A DNA stretch of 64,000 bases. Origin: Balanoglossus misakiensis (lineage: Eukaryota; Animalia; Hemichordata). This document shows positions 12,816 to 26,638 of the stretch, piece by piece (the first letter of the stretch is position 1; each line of letters opens with the position of its first letter). The stretch is from contig CM082589.2 in the NCBI GenBank assembly GCA_040954595.2, positions 2,483,175 to 2,547,174 of the forward strand. The letters run 5' to 3'. The position numbers and the translations under genes were made by a program. The notes beneath the pieces were generated by a model. It did not search any database. It saw only the letters and a program-made list of their open reading frames with translations, and was not told the DNA's origin.

Positions 12816-15003
12816 TGGCAGACCAAATCCTACGAGACAACTGTCAGATTTAGAGAGTCTGCAAATCAATCAGCACCATCTTTGCATTCACTCTTTACAG
12901 AAATTTTATTTTTTTAATGAAAAAAATATAATAATATATGGCAGTATGCTGATGATTTGTGGAATCAAAGTGTAATCAGATTTGAGCGCATTGGGAAGCA
13001 ATTTTAATACTAGATTTTTGTACTGTCATTTGTCTATAATTACGTAGTCTACTTCCATATTTGTTACACGTGCATCACTTTTAGACCACATTAAATGAAT
13101 TTCGATTAGCTGAGAAAAATAGCTTTCATATTATTCTCCATATATGTAACTCAATATAATTGAAAATGAAGGTATAAATATTATTGAGTACATCAAATCC
13201 TATAGTGGTATTATTAGTGAACACATTGCTATTTTAAGTATAAATTTTACAACTTCTGTATCATATTGTATAGTAATTGTATTCCTTTGTAATTTAGTAT
13301 TTTTATTCGCAAACTTTTAACTTATTTATATATCTTTTTCATCTTGGGGCTGCATATGTAAAGTGCCATAACAGGGTTGTAAGTACATGAATCAGTACAA
13401 ATATCTGCTGTAATTCTGGACTTCATAATTAATTATGATCTCTTGTCAGAATAAAAAATAATAGAACATTTCTATTTTGGCATCATTTTAAATATTTGTC
13501 AGAGAATAATTTGACCCCTCAGTTCGTGTGATATTTCCGTGTCCGTCGAGAGAGGGCGCACTCACGCATGCAGTTGTGTGACCTTGTCCATGACATTACA
13601 GACAATGTTTGGGAGGGAGGGGGGTGTAGTCTCTTTACACGTGTTCCTCTGTAATCGACTTGCACTTTTATGGTAGACTCAAGTCCACAGTGCAGTCGTT
13701 TTAAATTTAGTGCATCCTAAAGTCACTAAACGAGGTATATTCAAAGTATCAATGATGAAACTGAAATAAACCAGCTGTACTTGTAGTAGTGCCACGCTTG
13801 CACAGCTGCTGTGGGATGAAAACGTTTACATATTTCGCTTATCGGGACATTTCCTATTTTAGCAGTTAATAAATAACCGACTTATACTGTGTTTATTTCA
13901 AAGCGTCACCTTTGATTTGAGCTGAGCATATAATTTAAACTTACACCAGGTCTTGGTGACTGTAAAGACTCAAAGGCCAAAAGGGTGGGCAGTTTCATAC
14001 TTCAGAACAAAATCCAACTTTCTACAAAGAAGGAACTTCTTTCAGACTTCGCTATGATAATCTGCCACGACCAACAACAAAGCCGTCATCTTAATAAACA
14101 AACAATGAAGATGACGACGACGACAAAATTAACACGAACAAAAAATCAATAAAGTTGTAAAAAACCAAACCTGATTTACATATATCATTTGCATATACAC
14201 GTGCCAGCAATGATACCAATTTATGCTCCGATAATTATGACATGGCCTAGCTGCACAACATTAAAATGCATATTTTTGATCTGTTGTCTGCTTTAGTCAA
14301 TAATATGTGTGTGAATGGGTCTGACGCGCATACTAGTCTATAATATGGACGCAAATGTTCTCGCCAGCTGTGGCGCATGGATTATGACGCTCAGGCCGCA
14401 TCCATTATTTTCCGTTGATCGATGCAAAAAAAAAAACGAGAGGTCGTTTCTCTGCATTATGACATGGTTCTCTGGACTCAAGTCTAAGTGTCTTGTTCTC
14501 AGTATATCCTAACCAGCCGACGAAAGACAATTTTGGATGAACGGGGTGACGTCTGACACGTTCAAGCAGACTGATTCGCGTCGTGATATTCCCCGACATT
14601 CGACTGTTTCCGATATTGCTTTAGCCGGCTGCAGGGAACGGTCAGGTGAGGTCGGGTATTTAATTTTCTTGTCAGCAGACGCCAGCTAAGACAGGCACAG
14701 ACATCAATGGACTCGTCTTGGCCACATTCAGGTTGACTAACTACTTCTGTTGGCTTATTCGACGATGTCATTCTGTGCAAAACGACTGCCGAGAACGCCG
14801 TGTTGGATATGACCGTAGCCACGTCAAATCTGACAGCTGCCGTGTCATTCAGTTAAGTAATGGTGGTCGCTCACAAACAAACCTGTGTATATTGATGATA
14901 TGCTACAGCCAAACTTAGTCGAGATACCAAACGAGCAACAGAATCATTAGGTTGAGAAGTTTCATTTTTTGCTTAAAGTCTGTCCTTTCCATTGGATACC
15001 ACG

Positions 15004-16844
15004 ATGAGGTCAACTCGAAGGCCGAACTGGATGTCAAGGAGAATGGTGCTGCGCGCACCAATAGTTGTTCAGCTTCCAAGAATAAGAAAGAGTTCGTTTT
15101 GTTTCCTTTTTGGTGGACTTATCACGTGGACTGCTCTGACATACTTGTGCCTTTCCAAAATTTTGCCATCCGTGCCAACGATGTTTTCGGACGAAAAGGG
15201 GACTCATTTGCATGGACGATCAGCTGGGATTTCATCCAATCCATCAAACGACATTCCAATCGACATGTTCGCTCCTCTCAACATGGTGAACAATGAACCA
15301 CCAAAAGAGATGAAAGCGAGCAATAAATATCTCTTTCCCATTCTCCTTGGAAACCAAGGTCTGAACAACCAACTTATCGGATTCAAGATGTCAGTCGTTG
15401 TCGCCATGTACACCAACAGGACTTTGGTTTTAGCACCCTTTTTCGACAAGCAGAGACAGGCACTGCGCGTGCGTGACATCAGTGAAGTCATGGACCTTGA
15501 ACATTTGAAGGAACTCCTACCGACAATTTCGATGACGGAGTTCAAGAAACAGTGCGAGGGGAAAATTGAAACCCTCTTCAGCGGAATAAACATGTCAAAT
15601 GCATTGAAGACAGAACAGTACAACGAATATCTGAGATCCGTGAACGCCAAAGTTAGACTCAGCAAAAACTTGACTGGCATCGAAGTTCGGGACTTTGAGA
15701 AGGAGCCCGGAATCCTGGTGGAATTGCCTGGCAATCTACCGGACGGGCAGCATTCGTTGAAGACATTCCGTGCGAAGGGATTGTTCGAGTCCGAGTCCAA
15801 GTGCGCGGGAGTCGTCTACCCCTACGGGTTAATGGTACGGTTCTACTACTACGACTATGTGCCTGTATTTGCGCAGTATCTGAGACGTCCCCCAGAAATC
15901 AGACAGATGGCCGACTCCTTCATATGGGAGGTTATCAATTCCAGGAATTTTCTAGGAATCCACTGGCGTTTCGATGACGCCTGGAAACTTACATGGTAAG
16001 AATTCAGCAAAAAATCGTGAGCTCCACATCAACAGATAACCATAAATCAATATCAAGAATCTATACACACTACGGTTTTCACTTATGATCTCTTTCTTTA
16101 AACTGCAGGTGTAAAAACGGCGTTCTTGACCAAAAGGTCCAACAGAATTGTAATATACTATTGACGTCCGACGAGAAGTCAATGGTTGCTCGCATTGTAG
16201 ATATCATGAAAGAACACTCTATATCGTCAGCTTATCTGTCCAGCCCACCAACCTCACAGGTAAATCAGTTCCCGGATGTTTTACTGGTTCTGAGTAACAC
16301 GAGTTGAACTCCTGGTGTGCACATGTACTTGGCAGCACTCAGAAGATGATTATGAAATGAATCATTGAAAATGATAATAAATCGCATTTGTAAGATCAAA
16401 AGGAGCACGTTTTTGACCTTGATAGCATTTTCTTTTTCTACAGGACAAATTTATAATCGAGCTAAAGAAAGAAGTTCCCAACGTATACAATCGCTATGAC
16501 CTGTTAGGCATATCTATATTGGGCCTTGATTTCGACCTGGATGATAATTTCCGTCTGTCCCTCCTAGAACAGGAGATTTGCTCAAGTAAGCGTGGCATTT
16601 GGTGGTTTTTGCATTTTTGGGGACCAGTTGACTATTTTGATTGGTGAATTTTATAAATGAGGAACAACAAGGGTTAAGAGTATAGATGGGGCTTTGACAA
16701 TTAACTTGCTCGCCTCTTTATTTTGCAGAATCGGCGCTCTTCATTGGAAGCAGGATGTCTGCATGGACGGACATAGTCGCGGAGGACAGAAACTACAAAA
16801 ACAGACTATACATGCCAGATATCTTTAAAGCCAGCAGCAGATAA
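15004..16844 (+). CDS. O-fucosyltransferase-family (GT-B, PF10250-like) type II membrane glycosyltransferase, paralog 1; exons 15004-15995, 16109-16259, 16444-16585, 16729-16844
   Basis: N-terminal basic tail plus TM segment. Motifs GNQGLNNQ, RTLVLAP, GIHWR and LLEQEICS...FIGSRMSAW. GT-AG introns keep the frame open. Confidence 0.8.
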
Positions 16845-17757
16845 ATATTTTCCTCGATCCCCGTGCACATTGTACAGTTGCCGTCCCTTGACCCAAAAGT
16901 TGCTGAAGCTTTAAAATCATGCTAAGGAACAGAAAATAAAACATTTCTGCCATATATACTTCTACTGATTGGCTGTCTTTCACATTGCTGTTTATTCACT
17001 CGTCCACTGGGAGATCTTGTAAGTGAGGGCGTCCATCGTATTTTTTTGCAAGTTATATTCCAGACATCATAAATGCACCGAGGAAATAGTGTCATTTCCC
17101 TGGATTTTGGTCTATTTATACCTCATGGTCCCATCACTGCTGATAAATGTATTTTATGAGATACGGTCATTAAATACATCTGCTTGTGCTATTTACACAC
17201 AACACTATTCTCAAAGCCCCTCCCCGAACAAAATTACCACACGGGTATACCTCGAATGCCTTGCCTTCACGTAAGCCAAGGGAAGCCTTCACTTAGCGAT
17301 ATCTATATGTCAGTCCTTTTCAGTCTTTGGAATTTAATTCTGACGCAAGTGTCAAGCCGACAATGAAATGCGAACGTCAGAGCGACCGCACGCAGACATA
17401 TGAACTCACTTTTCTGTTTACGAAATTTTCGACTTGCTGTAATACTTTGGCGACCCAGAGTTCGCCTTACATGTTGGCCATCCTTATTTTCAGTGAATAA
17501 ATACAAATGCCTAATTGTGAGACACTGGGTCGTTGGTTTCCTCACATTTTGTCAATATACAAAAATCTATTTCAACCATGCATGGCAAACATATAAAAAT
17601 TATCGTGTATCCACGTTTCCGTGTGCGCTCTCGTCAATAGCAGCTGGCGATAAGCCGGGATTAAAACTGCTTGTCTAATGGCAATATTTCCTGTGGCTGG
17701 TGTACACTGCACCATATTGCGCTTTTCCTCTGTCCGCGCTATCGCTACGACTGGAGC

Positions 17758-19754
17758 ATGTCTGTCTACGCGATCTTCCACAGAAAGAGGAAAGTTTATC
17801 TGAGCGCTTGCTGCCTTCTGCTAGTCTATACACTACTGTGCAACGTTGCCTGGTACTACGCTATGTCCGGCGTGTGGAACAGCGAGGAGATGAAAAGACT
17901 TGTACTGCGGGAGTTTCGACGTACCAGGGGAGTGTTGTACACCTCGTCTATAGAGGAAAACCCACCGGAATATTTCTTGCAGCAAGGGGTTTCGGGGACT
18001 GCTAGTATGACAGTTCAAGAACCGGCGGACGGTAAAAAGACCAGGTATCTTGTGCCGATCTTGTTAGGAAATCAGGGACCAAATAATCAGCTCCAAAGTC
18101 TGAAATTTACAGCAGTCATTGCTTCGTACAGAGACAGGACGCTTGTTCGGAGCCCATTTTTCGACCACTTCACGAACGATTTCTACAACAGCAGAAATTT
18201 CAATGAAACGCTGGATGTGAGGTTATTCAACAAGCTTCTGCCTTCTGCCAGCATGGAAGACTTTTGGAGAGAGTGTGGAGGGAGGATCGATGCAGTTTTC
18301 AACGGCGCAAATTGGAGTAATGGTGTGTCGGAAAGGGAGTACCAACATACGGTAAAATACGCAAATGATAAAATGAAAGACTGGTCGCGTCTGACCGGAA
18401 TAGAGGTTCCTGATATGATCAGGGAACCCGAAAGGATAATCAATTTGCCCGACGACATCCCAGACGGTTACAATCCTCTGAGAAAAGTGATAGACTCCAC
18501 CGAAGTTTTTACCTCAGACCTCCATTGCGTCGGGTTTGTCTACCCCTACGGGATGCTGGGAAGGTTTTATTACCATGACTACGTGCCGGTGTTGTCGGGC
18601 TACGTCACCCGCCCGCCGGAAATTAGACGAATGGCCGGTCGGGTGATACGAAATCTGCTCGATAGAAGGAGATATTTAGGTTTCCACTGGCGGTACAATG
18701 ATGAGTGGAAAAAGCAATGGTGAGTTCAGGGGTCACTGATTAAAAGGTGACATTGCCATATTAAGTTATTCTAATACCGGAAGGCATGTTTTGACGTCAT
18801 AGCTTCGATAACACTGCAACCACCTGTTGCATTGCAAGCCCTAATATTCCAATAGCATTATTGAAAGTATTGAAATACGATTTTTTTCACCTGACGTTTC
18901 CAATCACGACAAAAGCCTGAAATGCTTCTGTTATCTGGGCCCTCACTTTATCTTACAGAAACACAATTATCTCTTTTCGTGTGGTATTTTAAATCGATTG
19001 AACCCTTGTTTATTTTAGGTGTTTTCGGAACAGGCCGAGTGAGATCAAGAAATGTCGGCTGCTGAACGCCACGCAGGCAGATGTTATCGTGGATGCCATT
19101 CAAAACATAATGGACGAGGGTGAACTTGAAGTTGTCTATCTCGCGACACCATTGGATGCAAATGTAAGTGATCATGAAAAGACGAGTTTGTATCATAAAC
19201 ATTTCTGTTTCACTAGACTTCATTTAATTAACCCCATAATTAGTTAAACCTCCTAGGAATATACAAACATGGCCGCCATTATTGTGTCACCAACACCATC
19301 AATTTTACTATTGTTTAAACGCGTTTTGCCTTTTTTTCTCGTTCCAGGACAAACTACTGATAGACATCATGAAAAAACTACCAAACGTGTACACACGGGA
19401 AGATATTTTCGATATGCCCGTGTCAGATATCAGAGCACTGGAACACGACAACTACAAACTATCCCTACTCGAGCAGGAGTTATGCGCAAGTAAGCAACTT
19501 TTGGGATTTATAGCTACAATTCTGGGAACAATTACACGCCCTCCGTGTTAATTTGTCTGTCTGGTCAGTTTTCGTTGAGAGGATTATTACATGTCACCTA
19601 TCAAATGATTATTTCGCTTTCTTTCTTTTTAAAATCAATTTTAGGATCTACAGTCTTTCTGGGAAGCAAAATGTCATCGTGGTCGACAATCGTAGACGAA
19701 GATAGAAATCACCGCGAAGTTATGTACGTTCCAGATGTTCTTCTACGGAAGTAA
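17758..19754 (+). CDS. O-fucosyltransferase-family type II membrane glycosyltransferase, paralog 2; exons 17758-18719, 19019-19163, 19348-19489, 19645-19754
   Basis: RKRK plus TM segment. Motifs GNQGPNNQ, GFHWR, VYLAT, LLEQELCA and FLGSKMSSWS. Intron positions match paralog 1. Confidence 0.82.
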
Positions 19755-20154
19755 CCGCCAGAGGGCGGTATGAAACACACCCAAGCCGAGCCAGCCATCC
19801 ACCCATGATCAATCTATCAATCAATCAACCAATCGATTGATTAATCAAGATGACCATTATTTACAGTAGCACATTCAACGGGTCTCACAAATACTTGGCG
19901 AGGCTCAACCTTAATCTGGAATATCCACCATCAGTCAATGAGCCACTGCTTGCCACTTCTTGTATTCGCTACAGTTACAGTACTCTTTGTCATAATACTG
20001 TACTAAATCGAGAATTTCAAGATTACATAATATTTCGCAGCTGCAGCGAGGACGCCTCTATGACAAATGCGCCAACAGTTAACCTCGCACACCCAATGTA
20101 CATAGTTCAAATACAAGAGCAATAAAGTTTACAATATTTTTGTAAAAAATATGG

Positions 20155-22118
20155 TCAGTATTTTACTTTCTTATTACTTTCACCCTTGAAAATGTCAGGA
20201 ATCATTGCACTGCGTTTGAGTTCTCTGTCCTCCAACACGATGTCCGTCCACGAAGACAGGGAACTGCCGAGGAAAACAGTCGATCCTGAAATGCATCCAA
20301 TGAAAATATTGCTTGTGGTCACGTGCTACTTGTGGAGATGATGATAGCAATGAAGAAGACCACAGGCATGCGCAGTCGGATCAAAGGGGATGACAGATGA
20401 AAGCCTGAACAAACAAGCTAACAAAAACAAAAATGTACGTCTGGATAAGAAAAATAATAACGTGGCTTACTTTTGCACAATTCTTGTTCCAGCATTGATA
20501 TTCTGTAATTATCGTTCTTGAAGTCTTCTATCCCGTGAAGATTACTGCGAAGTATGTCTGCGGATGTGTAGACATTTGGAAGTTCTCTGCGAAGGTCAAG
20601 TACAAGATTGTCCTGTAAAATAAGAAGATGCAAACTGTTATGTCGCAATCTTTCTTAAAGGGGGAACGTGCAGTGGCCAGGGTATTTATATAAGGGCAAA
20701 CAATATACCCTTTAAGGAACCGATGAACTCTACGCCCCTTTGCTAATTTGTTACTTACCCCAGGGGGTAGGGGAGTGGCAAGATACACGCCCGTCAGTGC
20801 GTTCATCGTCATGAGGTTTTGCACAGCACTGATGACGATGTCACTTCCTGTTGAGTTGAGGCCACGGCAGGATTTCCGGTAGTGTTCAGATTCCATGAAA
20901 CACCTGCACGGAAATGAAAGAGAGGCACGCATATTTTATGGTAAATTTGCATGTTAGAAGATTATTAAGTGTATAGAAGCTCATCATTTGACCATGGCAA
21001 AGTGTAGACACTGGTCTTACAGCTATAGCTGAGCTTATGAACACTAAGGGTACACATGTAGCTTACCATTGAGTTTTCCATTCATTGTTATATCTCCAGT
21101 GAAATCCAAGGAAACGGTCTTTCCGGAAGGTCTTTTGAATGAATCGTTCAGCAAAGTCCCGTATGTACCGAGGCCTCAGCACCGATTTTGCAAGGACGGG
21201 TACATAGTCGTAATAATAAAATCTGCCAAGCAATCCGTATGGGTATGCCAGGCCCACACACTTCAGGCTGGATTGGAAGAGACCCGTCATGTTGGTGACT
21301 TTTCTGAACGCGTTGTAACCGTTAGGGATGTTATCTGGAAGGTGAACGATCTTTTCTGGCTCCTCCGTCATGTCTGGAACGAGGATGCCGGTGGCGCTGG
21401 CGAAGCCTTTCAGCATGCTGTTCACGTAGGCCAGGGTGTCGTCGTAGTACCTTCTGCCGATGTTGTTCGTCATGTTCACGCCGTGGAACAGGACGTCCAC
21501 CCGGCCGTTGCACTCTCGCGAGAATTCCTCCATCGTTGCAACCGGCAAGAGTTTCTCGAAGACGTCGACGTCAATCGTCTCGTTGCAGGGGCGGAGGTCG
21601 CGAACATCGACAGTGAAGTGGTTGAAAAACGGAGTGAGCACCAGCGAGCGGCTGCGATGCGCAGATATGACCGCGGTCATTTTGAAACTTTGCAGTTGGT
21701 TATTAGGTCCCTGGTTGCCGAGCAGAATCGGAAGGAGATACGTTTTCTCTTGTCGTTGATGTAGCTTCGACAATCGCAGTTTTCTCTCTCGATCTATATC
21801 TGGTTTCTTCTCTGCGGCAAAATTAACATCTGGAGAACGGCGGTTCATTACCTTTTGTCTTTCCTTCGACGCTCCGAATTTCTTCCGATTTCTTGCATCA
21901 CCAATGTCCGGTCCAGACAACTTTAGTCTCTCAGCCCTGCGGTTACTCACTCTACCAATAACATTTGTCCCATACACTAATTCGTCCGACGGTGCGGGTC
22001 TCTCGGAAACACCAAGGATATTCCATAATAAAATGATTGTTAAAATGAGAAATGTTGTGTGAACGTACAATCTACGAATTCTTGGCGGAAATTCAACAAC
22101 TCCACCAGCGGAGAGCAT
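20155..22118 (-). CDS. O-fucosyltransferase-family type II membrane glycosyltransferase, paralog 3 (4 exons, inverted orientation)
   Basis: TM segment LYVHTTFLILTIILLWNILGV. Motifs GNQGPNNQ, GFHWR, VYLATP, MLEQELC and FLGSSLSSWT. Stop TGA at 20155-20157. Same exon layout as paralogs 1 and 2. Confidence 0.82.
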
Positions 22119-22668
22119 GGTTTCAGCATTCTAAAAGATGGCCGATTCTTTTTTTTGAAATGGTCCGGTTTTTCACACCCTTATCAACACCTGTGTGTAA
22201 TTATCCTTTATTCGTGTAAGAACGGTAATTGGACAAATCATGCATGAAAGCGTGACCATTGACACCGATAATGACAATGCCGTATTGGCCAAAATTATTG
22301 CCGTGTTGTTCACCACGTGCACGATGATGTAATCCCACGTAACTGCATGCACGACTGACGAATCACTCTCAACACAGCTTTAGGCGATAATTGATATTCT
22401 TCGAATATTTTTAGACAAACACACACACGCGTACACAATAGATGTTCATTACAAACGTTAATTTTATTAACAGCTGCCCGTGGACAATAGTGATACAGCT
22501 GGTGTCACTGGTGACCATCATACACAGGCTTGCTCGACTTCACGCCATGAAGTCAACCTGAGCAATGGGAGGCGACATTATGAAAAGTGTCTCTCACCAG
22601 AAAACGGTCAGGCAGATAAATATTATTGTCTAAATCTATGGTCCGTCTTAGGTCTAACTTAGGTTACG

Positions 22669-23808
22669 TCATAAAGCATCATTATCTCGTTTCGGAAAAG
22701 GAACCACAAAACTTTTACTTGTGTTTCGTAACTGATTCTCATCTTCTACCACAGTGTAACCAAATCTTTCTAGGAGACTCTCGGAACAAATCTCCTGTAC
22801 CTCGCGGATTTGGTCAAAAGTTAATTTTGTCCTCCACGCCTGACCGTTTCCTCGCTTTTTACCCGGCGATAGCATGTTCTCTCGGATGACCGGGTGGAGT
22901 GGCAGACCTACGAACTCGTACAGTTTGGGAACTGTTTCTGTCGGATTGTCGGCGATGTCCTCGTACCGCACGAGAAAGTAGTTCTCTCTGAACCACCTGT
23001 CAGAGTTCATGGCGCTTAAATAGTTAGTGTCCAGCCAAATGCAGTAATCTTTCACTATGTCTCTCAAAACGTTATTAAGTTGTCGATATTGTCCATTCCC
23101 ACCATCTTTTCTCGTCTTTTGAAAATAAGATCTTGACGAGATCATGCCCCGAGGGTCTCGAACGAGGTGCACGATTTTAACATTGTCGGCTCTCAGGACT
23201 GGTGACCCTAAAATCACATTATTCAGACGAATGATCTTGGTCACTACGTGACGTTTAGAGCGGCAGATCGACGTCACTTCCGCTTCTCCGATGGGCTGCT
23301 CCAAGTGAGTAAGATTTGCGAAGCCGCGCATGAATTTGTGGCGGTTCAAGCTCTGAAAGTAGTACGGCCGGGCGGTGAAGTTGCAATGAAAGAACGCGTG
23401 CATGAAATCAATGAGTTCGGGCCGAATGCCTTCCAGGTAATCGAAGTTGTCCTTGTACAGGTTTCCGCCCTCGTAGTCCACCAGCGCGTGGCCTGGCTCG
23501 TACACGTAGAAAAAGTCCGGATGACGGGCGAAGTAGCTGGCGGTCAAAGTGGAACCCGTCCGCATCCGGGCATGCACTAGCACATGAACGTTCGACGGTG
23601 TTTCTTCAAGTTCACTCTGCACCCGTCGCCTACCAGCGTCCAATGTCGGACTGACAGTCGACGGAAAAAACCTGGACGAACCAGTTCTCCTGTCGAAATC
23701 TCTAGCCGAGTTATCACGCCAACTTTTCATCAGAAATGAATGGATAATAACCGTGGCAGCGCAAACTGAGACGTAGAGTATCACTGTAGCTTGTCTTGGC
23801 TTCCCCAT
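22669..23808 (-). CDS. Golgi carbohydrate sulfotransferase (CHST1/3/4/5-like Gal/GlcNAc 6-O-sulfotransferase family), paralog 1, single coding exon
   Basis: ATG at 23808 (MGKPRQ) followed by a TM segment. 5'-PSB loop HARMRTGS, FFYVYEP, 3'-PB IVHLVRDPRG, VRYED and NGQAWR. Confidence 0.88.
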   Translation of the reverse strand: MGKPRQATVILYVSVCAATVIIHSFLMKSWRDNSARDFDRRTGSSRFFPSTVSPTLDAGRRRVQSELEETPSNVHVLVHARMRTGSTLTASYFARHPDFFYVYEPGHALVDYEGGNLYKDNFDYLEGIRPELIDFMHAFFHCNFTARPYYFQSLNRHKFMRGFANLTHLEQPIGEAEVTSICRSKRHVVTKIIRLNNVILGSPVLRADNVKIVHLVRDPRGMISSRSYFQKTRKDGGNGQYRQLNNVLRDIVKDYCIWLDTNYLSAMNSDRWFRENYFLVRYEDIADNPTETVPKLYEFVGLPLHPVIRENMLSPGKKRGNGQAWRTKLTFDQIREVQEICSESLLERFGYTVVEDENQLRNTSKSFVVPFPKRDNDAL

Positions 23809-25206
23809 TTTCAAGGATGAACTTAACCATTCCAGAGCATCACATATTAACGACGCCGAGGAGATAAAATCGAATTCTTTATGAGAGTCAAATGAACCCT
23901 TAACTACGTAAAAAATCGCTCTACGTAAAACTAACCACAAACATAAGGAGTTCGGTATTTTTTATTCTCTTAATTTAGCTCATTAGAATACACACCTCTT
24001 CCATGTTATTGTGACATCATTAAAAACTTTTAAATATCTTATTTTTTATTACCACGATACACGATATAAATCTTACACGGCAACGGCATCGCATCACCCA
24101 ACATGAAAATATCACCGTCTACTTTGATAATTATAATAGTCATTCATAACATATTTATTTACAGGAGGTTTGTAACGTTTGCAAGCGGACCAAATGTACA
24201 TTTTGTAGCTTTGTGAATAAGTCCACAAACAATACCAGTACCTAAACCAATATTTCAACCAAATACTCTGTTCATTTTACCGTTGAATACAACGACAGCA
24301 GCTGTGCAAAGTTTCGATTGTTGAAGCAGATGAAATATTCGAGTTCTTCTGGAATGTAATTTGTCTCCTGCACACTTTTATTACATGTCGATTGTTACAT
24401 TAATGCCACATACGAGAAAAAACTACACAACTGAAATGCCATCAACAAATGTTACCGAGTTGAATATAAAAAGCTCCACTGACACACCAGCTTTGAATTT
24501 CTATTTCGCCTGTCAGATTTGTTATGATCACAGTAATATCAGTCACATGAGTTGTTCGGTGGAAGAATCCGGACCAAAGAAAAGAAATACTCTATGTAAA
24601 TCATTTGGTCTACAGCTGGTCCTAGCATAAATGAACTGCGTGAAAATCAATACACATTGAATAAATACAAAACAATTACCAAAAACGTGTGACCGTGTGT
24701 CGTTATAATTATGCCCTTTGCTTCCCATTGCAAATAGAGACAGACAGACAGAGATAGACACTGAGAGGTGTATCCAGTCCAGCGCCACCCCCTCTAGTGA
24801 TAAATGAACGATTGACAACGCCCCAAACTGCCACACCCAAGTGACCACCGTCATTTTAATGCAGTGTCCACTTAAATTGGCGATTTTTGCTGAAATTCAC
24901 GCCACACATGCACATATTTGAATAGGTATGACCCACACGGACATCCATTATGGTAATACGCCTATGTGAAAAACGTGACTGACCATACCATGAAAAATAT
25001 CTAGCCAGTGTTCTTGGCACGTTTATAAGACAGTACATGTTTCGAGTAGAGAGCTCAATAGCACAGCTGATGTGTTAAAATTTACATCGCAGACTACGCC
25101 ATTCGTTTGACAGGGTTTGATTCTTTGACTGACCTGCACCCTTTGCAATTTGTGTGTCCTGAACGCAACGTCGGCACTCACTGAGTAACAACCTTTGACC
25201 CCTAGA

Positions 25207-26301
25207 CTACGTGGCAGGGGCGTCCGGCTGTGGCAGAACAAGACTCAGAGAATCGTTCCGCAGCTGCTCTTCATTCCGTACCATGACGTAACCAAACATT
25301 TTGAAAACTCGTTCAGGGCAAATTTCTTGGATTCGGTTGACTTCTTTAAAACTCAGCTTGCTTCTCCAGGCCTGTCCGTTCCCAAGTTTCCCCGGTGACC
25401 GAATCATCTTCTCAATTTTGGGATGAAGGGGGAGCCGAAGAAATCTGTACATTTGGGGGACGATTTCGCCTGGCCTGTCGGACAGATCCTCGTACCTGAC
25501 TAGCATATAGTTTCTCTTGAACCAGTTTTCCACGTTCTGTGCGGCTAAATAGTTTGTGTCCATCCACGTGCAGTCATCTCTGATCACCTCTTCGAGTTTG
25601 TCGGGCAATCGGAAATTTCCGTTCCCCGTCGAGTCTTTCGGCATCGCTTCAAACGCACGCCTTGAGTTGGCCATGCCACGTGGATCTCGGACAAGGTGTA
25701 TCACCTTCACGTTGTCCCTTCGGAGAACAGGCGAAGCAAATATTATATTGTTGAGTCGAATTATCTTGGTAACGACGTGTCGTTTCGACCTACAGATCGA
25801 AGTGACGTCAGCTTCGCGGATCGGGAGACTCAAGTGCGTGATATTCGAAAAATACCTCTGGAAAAAGTTTTTGTTGATACTTTTGAAGAAGTAGTCACGG
25901 GCTGTGAAGTTACAGTGCAAGAACGAGTGCATAAAATCGACAAGTTCGCCCCGTATGGGTTCCAGGTAGTCGAAGCTGTCCCGGTATAAGTTCATGCCAT
26001 TGTACTCGACGATCATGTGACCTGGCTCGTAGACGTAGAAGAAGTCTGGGTGGTTGGCGAAGTAGCTGCCGGTTAGGGTTGAACCGGTGCGCATCCTGGC
26101 GTGCACAAGCACGTGCAGTCGACCGTCAGCGCTTTCCTTCAATTTTCCCACGCTGTCTTCATCCTCGAATAATCTCGCGCCGTGATGCTTCATCCTTGAG
26201 ATTCTCTCACCGTCATCCAAGTCGATCCAGCGAAGGAAGCCCAGCAGCGCCACGACCAGGACAACCACCCCTTTCCATCGTCGACGTAACCAAGGCAACA
26301 T
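25207..26301 (-). CDS. Carbohydrate sulfotransferase, paralog 2, single coding exon
   Basis: ATG at 26301 (MLPWLRRRWK) followed by a TM segment. Motifs HARMRTGS, YVYEP, IHLVRDPRG and VRYED. Confidence 0.88.
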   Translation of the reverse strand: MLPWLRRRWKGVVVLVVALLGFLRWIDLDDGERISRMKHHGARLFEDEDSVGKLKESADGRLHVLVHARMRTGSTLTGSYFANHPDFFYVYEPGHMIVEYNGMNLYRDSFDYLEPIRGELVDFMHSFLHCNFTARDYFFKSINKNFFQRYFSNITHLSLPIREADVTSICRSKRHVVTKIIRLNNIIFASPVLRRDNVKVIHLVRDPRGMANSRRAFEAMPKDSTGNGNFRLPDKLEEVIRDDCTWMDTNYLAAQNVENWFKRNYMLVRYEDLSDRPGEIVPQMYRFLRLPLHPKIEKMIRSPGKLGNGQAWRSKLSFKEVNRIQEICPERVFKMFGYVMVRNEEQLRNDSLSLVLPQPDAPAT

Positions 26302-26638
26302 TTTATCGCTCAGACACAAAAAGTTCAGCAAATGCAAAAAGTTTCCAGCGAGTTTAATATCCGTTGTCAACTGCAAAGCTCGGTAACTACTAGTAACAGG
26401 CTACACGTGCTTACGTGTCACATTCTCTGAAGTGTCAGTGTGTACGTAACGCACGTTTTACTCCCCAGGCAAGTGTAAACAAACATGCAAGATTAAAACA
26501 CGGTTCGGCTAAGGCGTCGATTATAATTTACTCATCATAGGATACCTGTCACATAAGCACAGCTGTGTACCTATTAATAGTTGTGTCCACTCATATATCA
26601 TCTCTAAAATTTAATTTGCATTTGTATGAAATTCGTCA

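Noticed and set aside
13000-14990. AT-rich intergenic region with CpG-richer patches and a possible non-coding exon donor near 14645
   Set aside because: Probably the promoter/5'UTR of O-FucT paralog 1, but no feature could be delimited with confidence. No tRNA or rRNA structure was recognised here or elsewhere in the window.
19754-20155. Possible overlapping 3'UTRs of convergent O-FucT paralogs 2 and 3 (AATAAA at ~20121)
   Set aside because: Transcript ends cannot be determined from sequence, and close convergent ends are common in compact regions.
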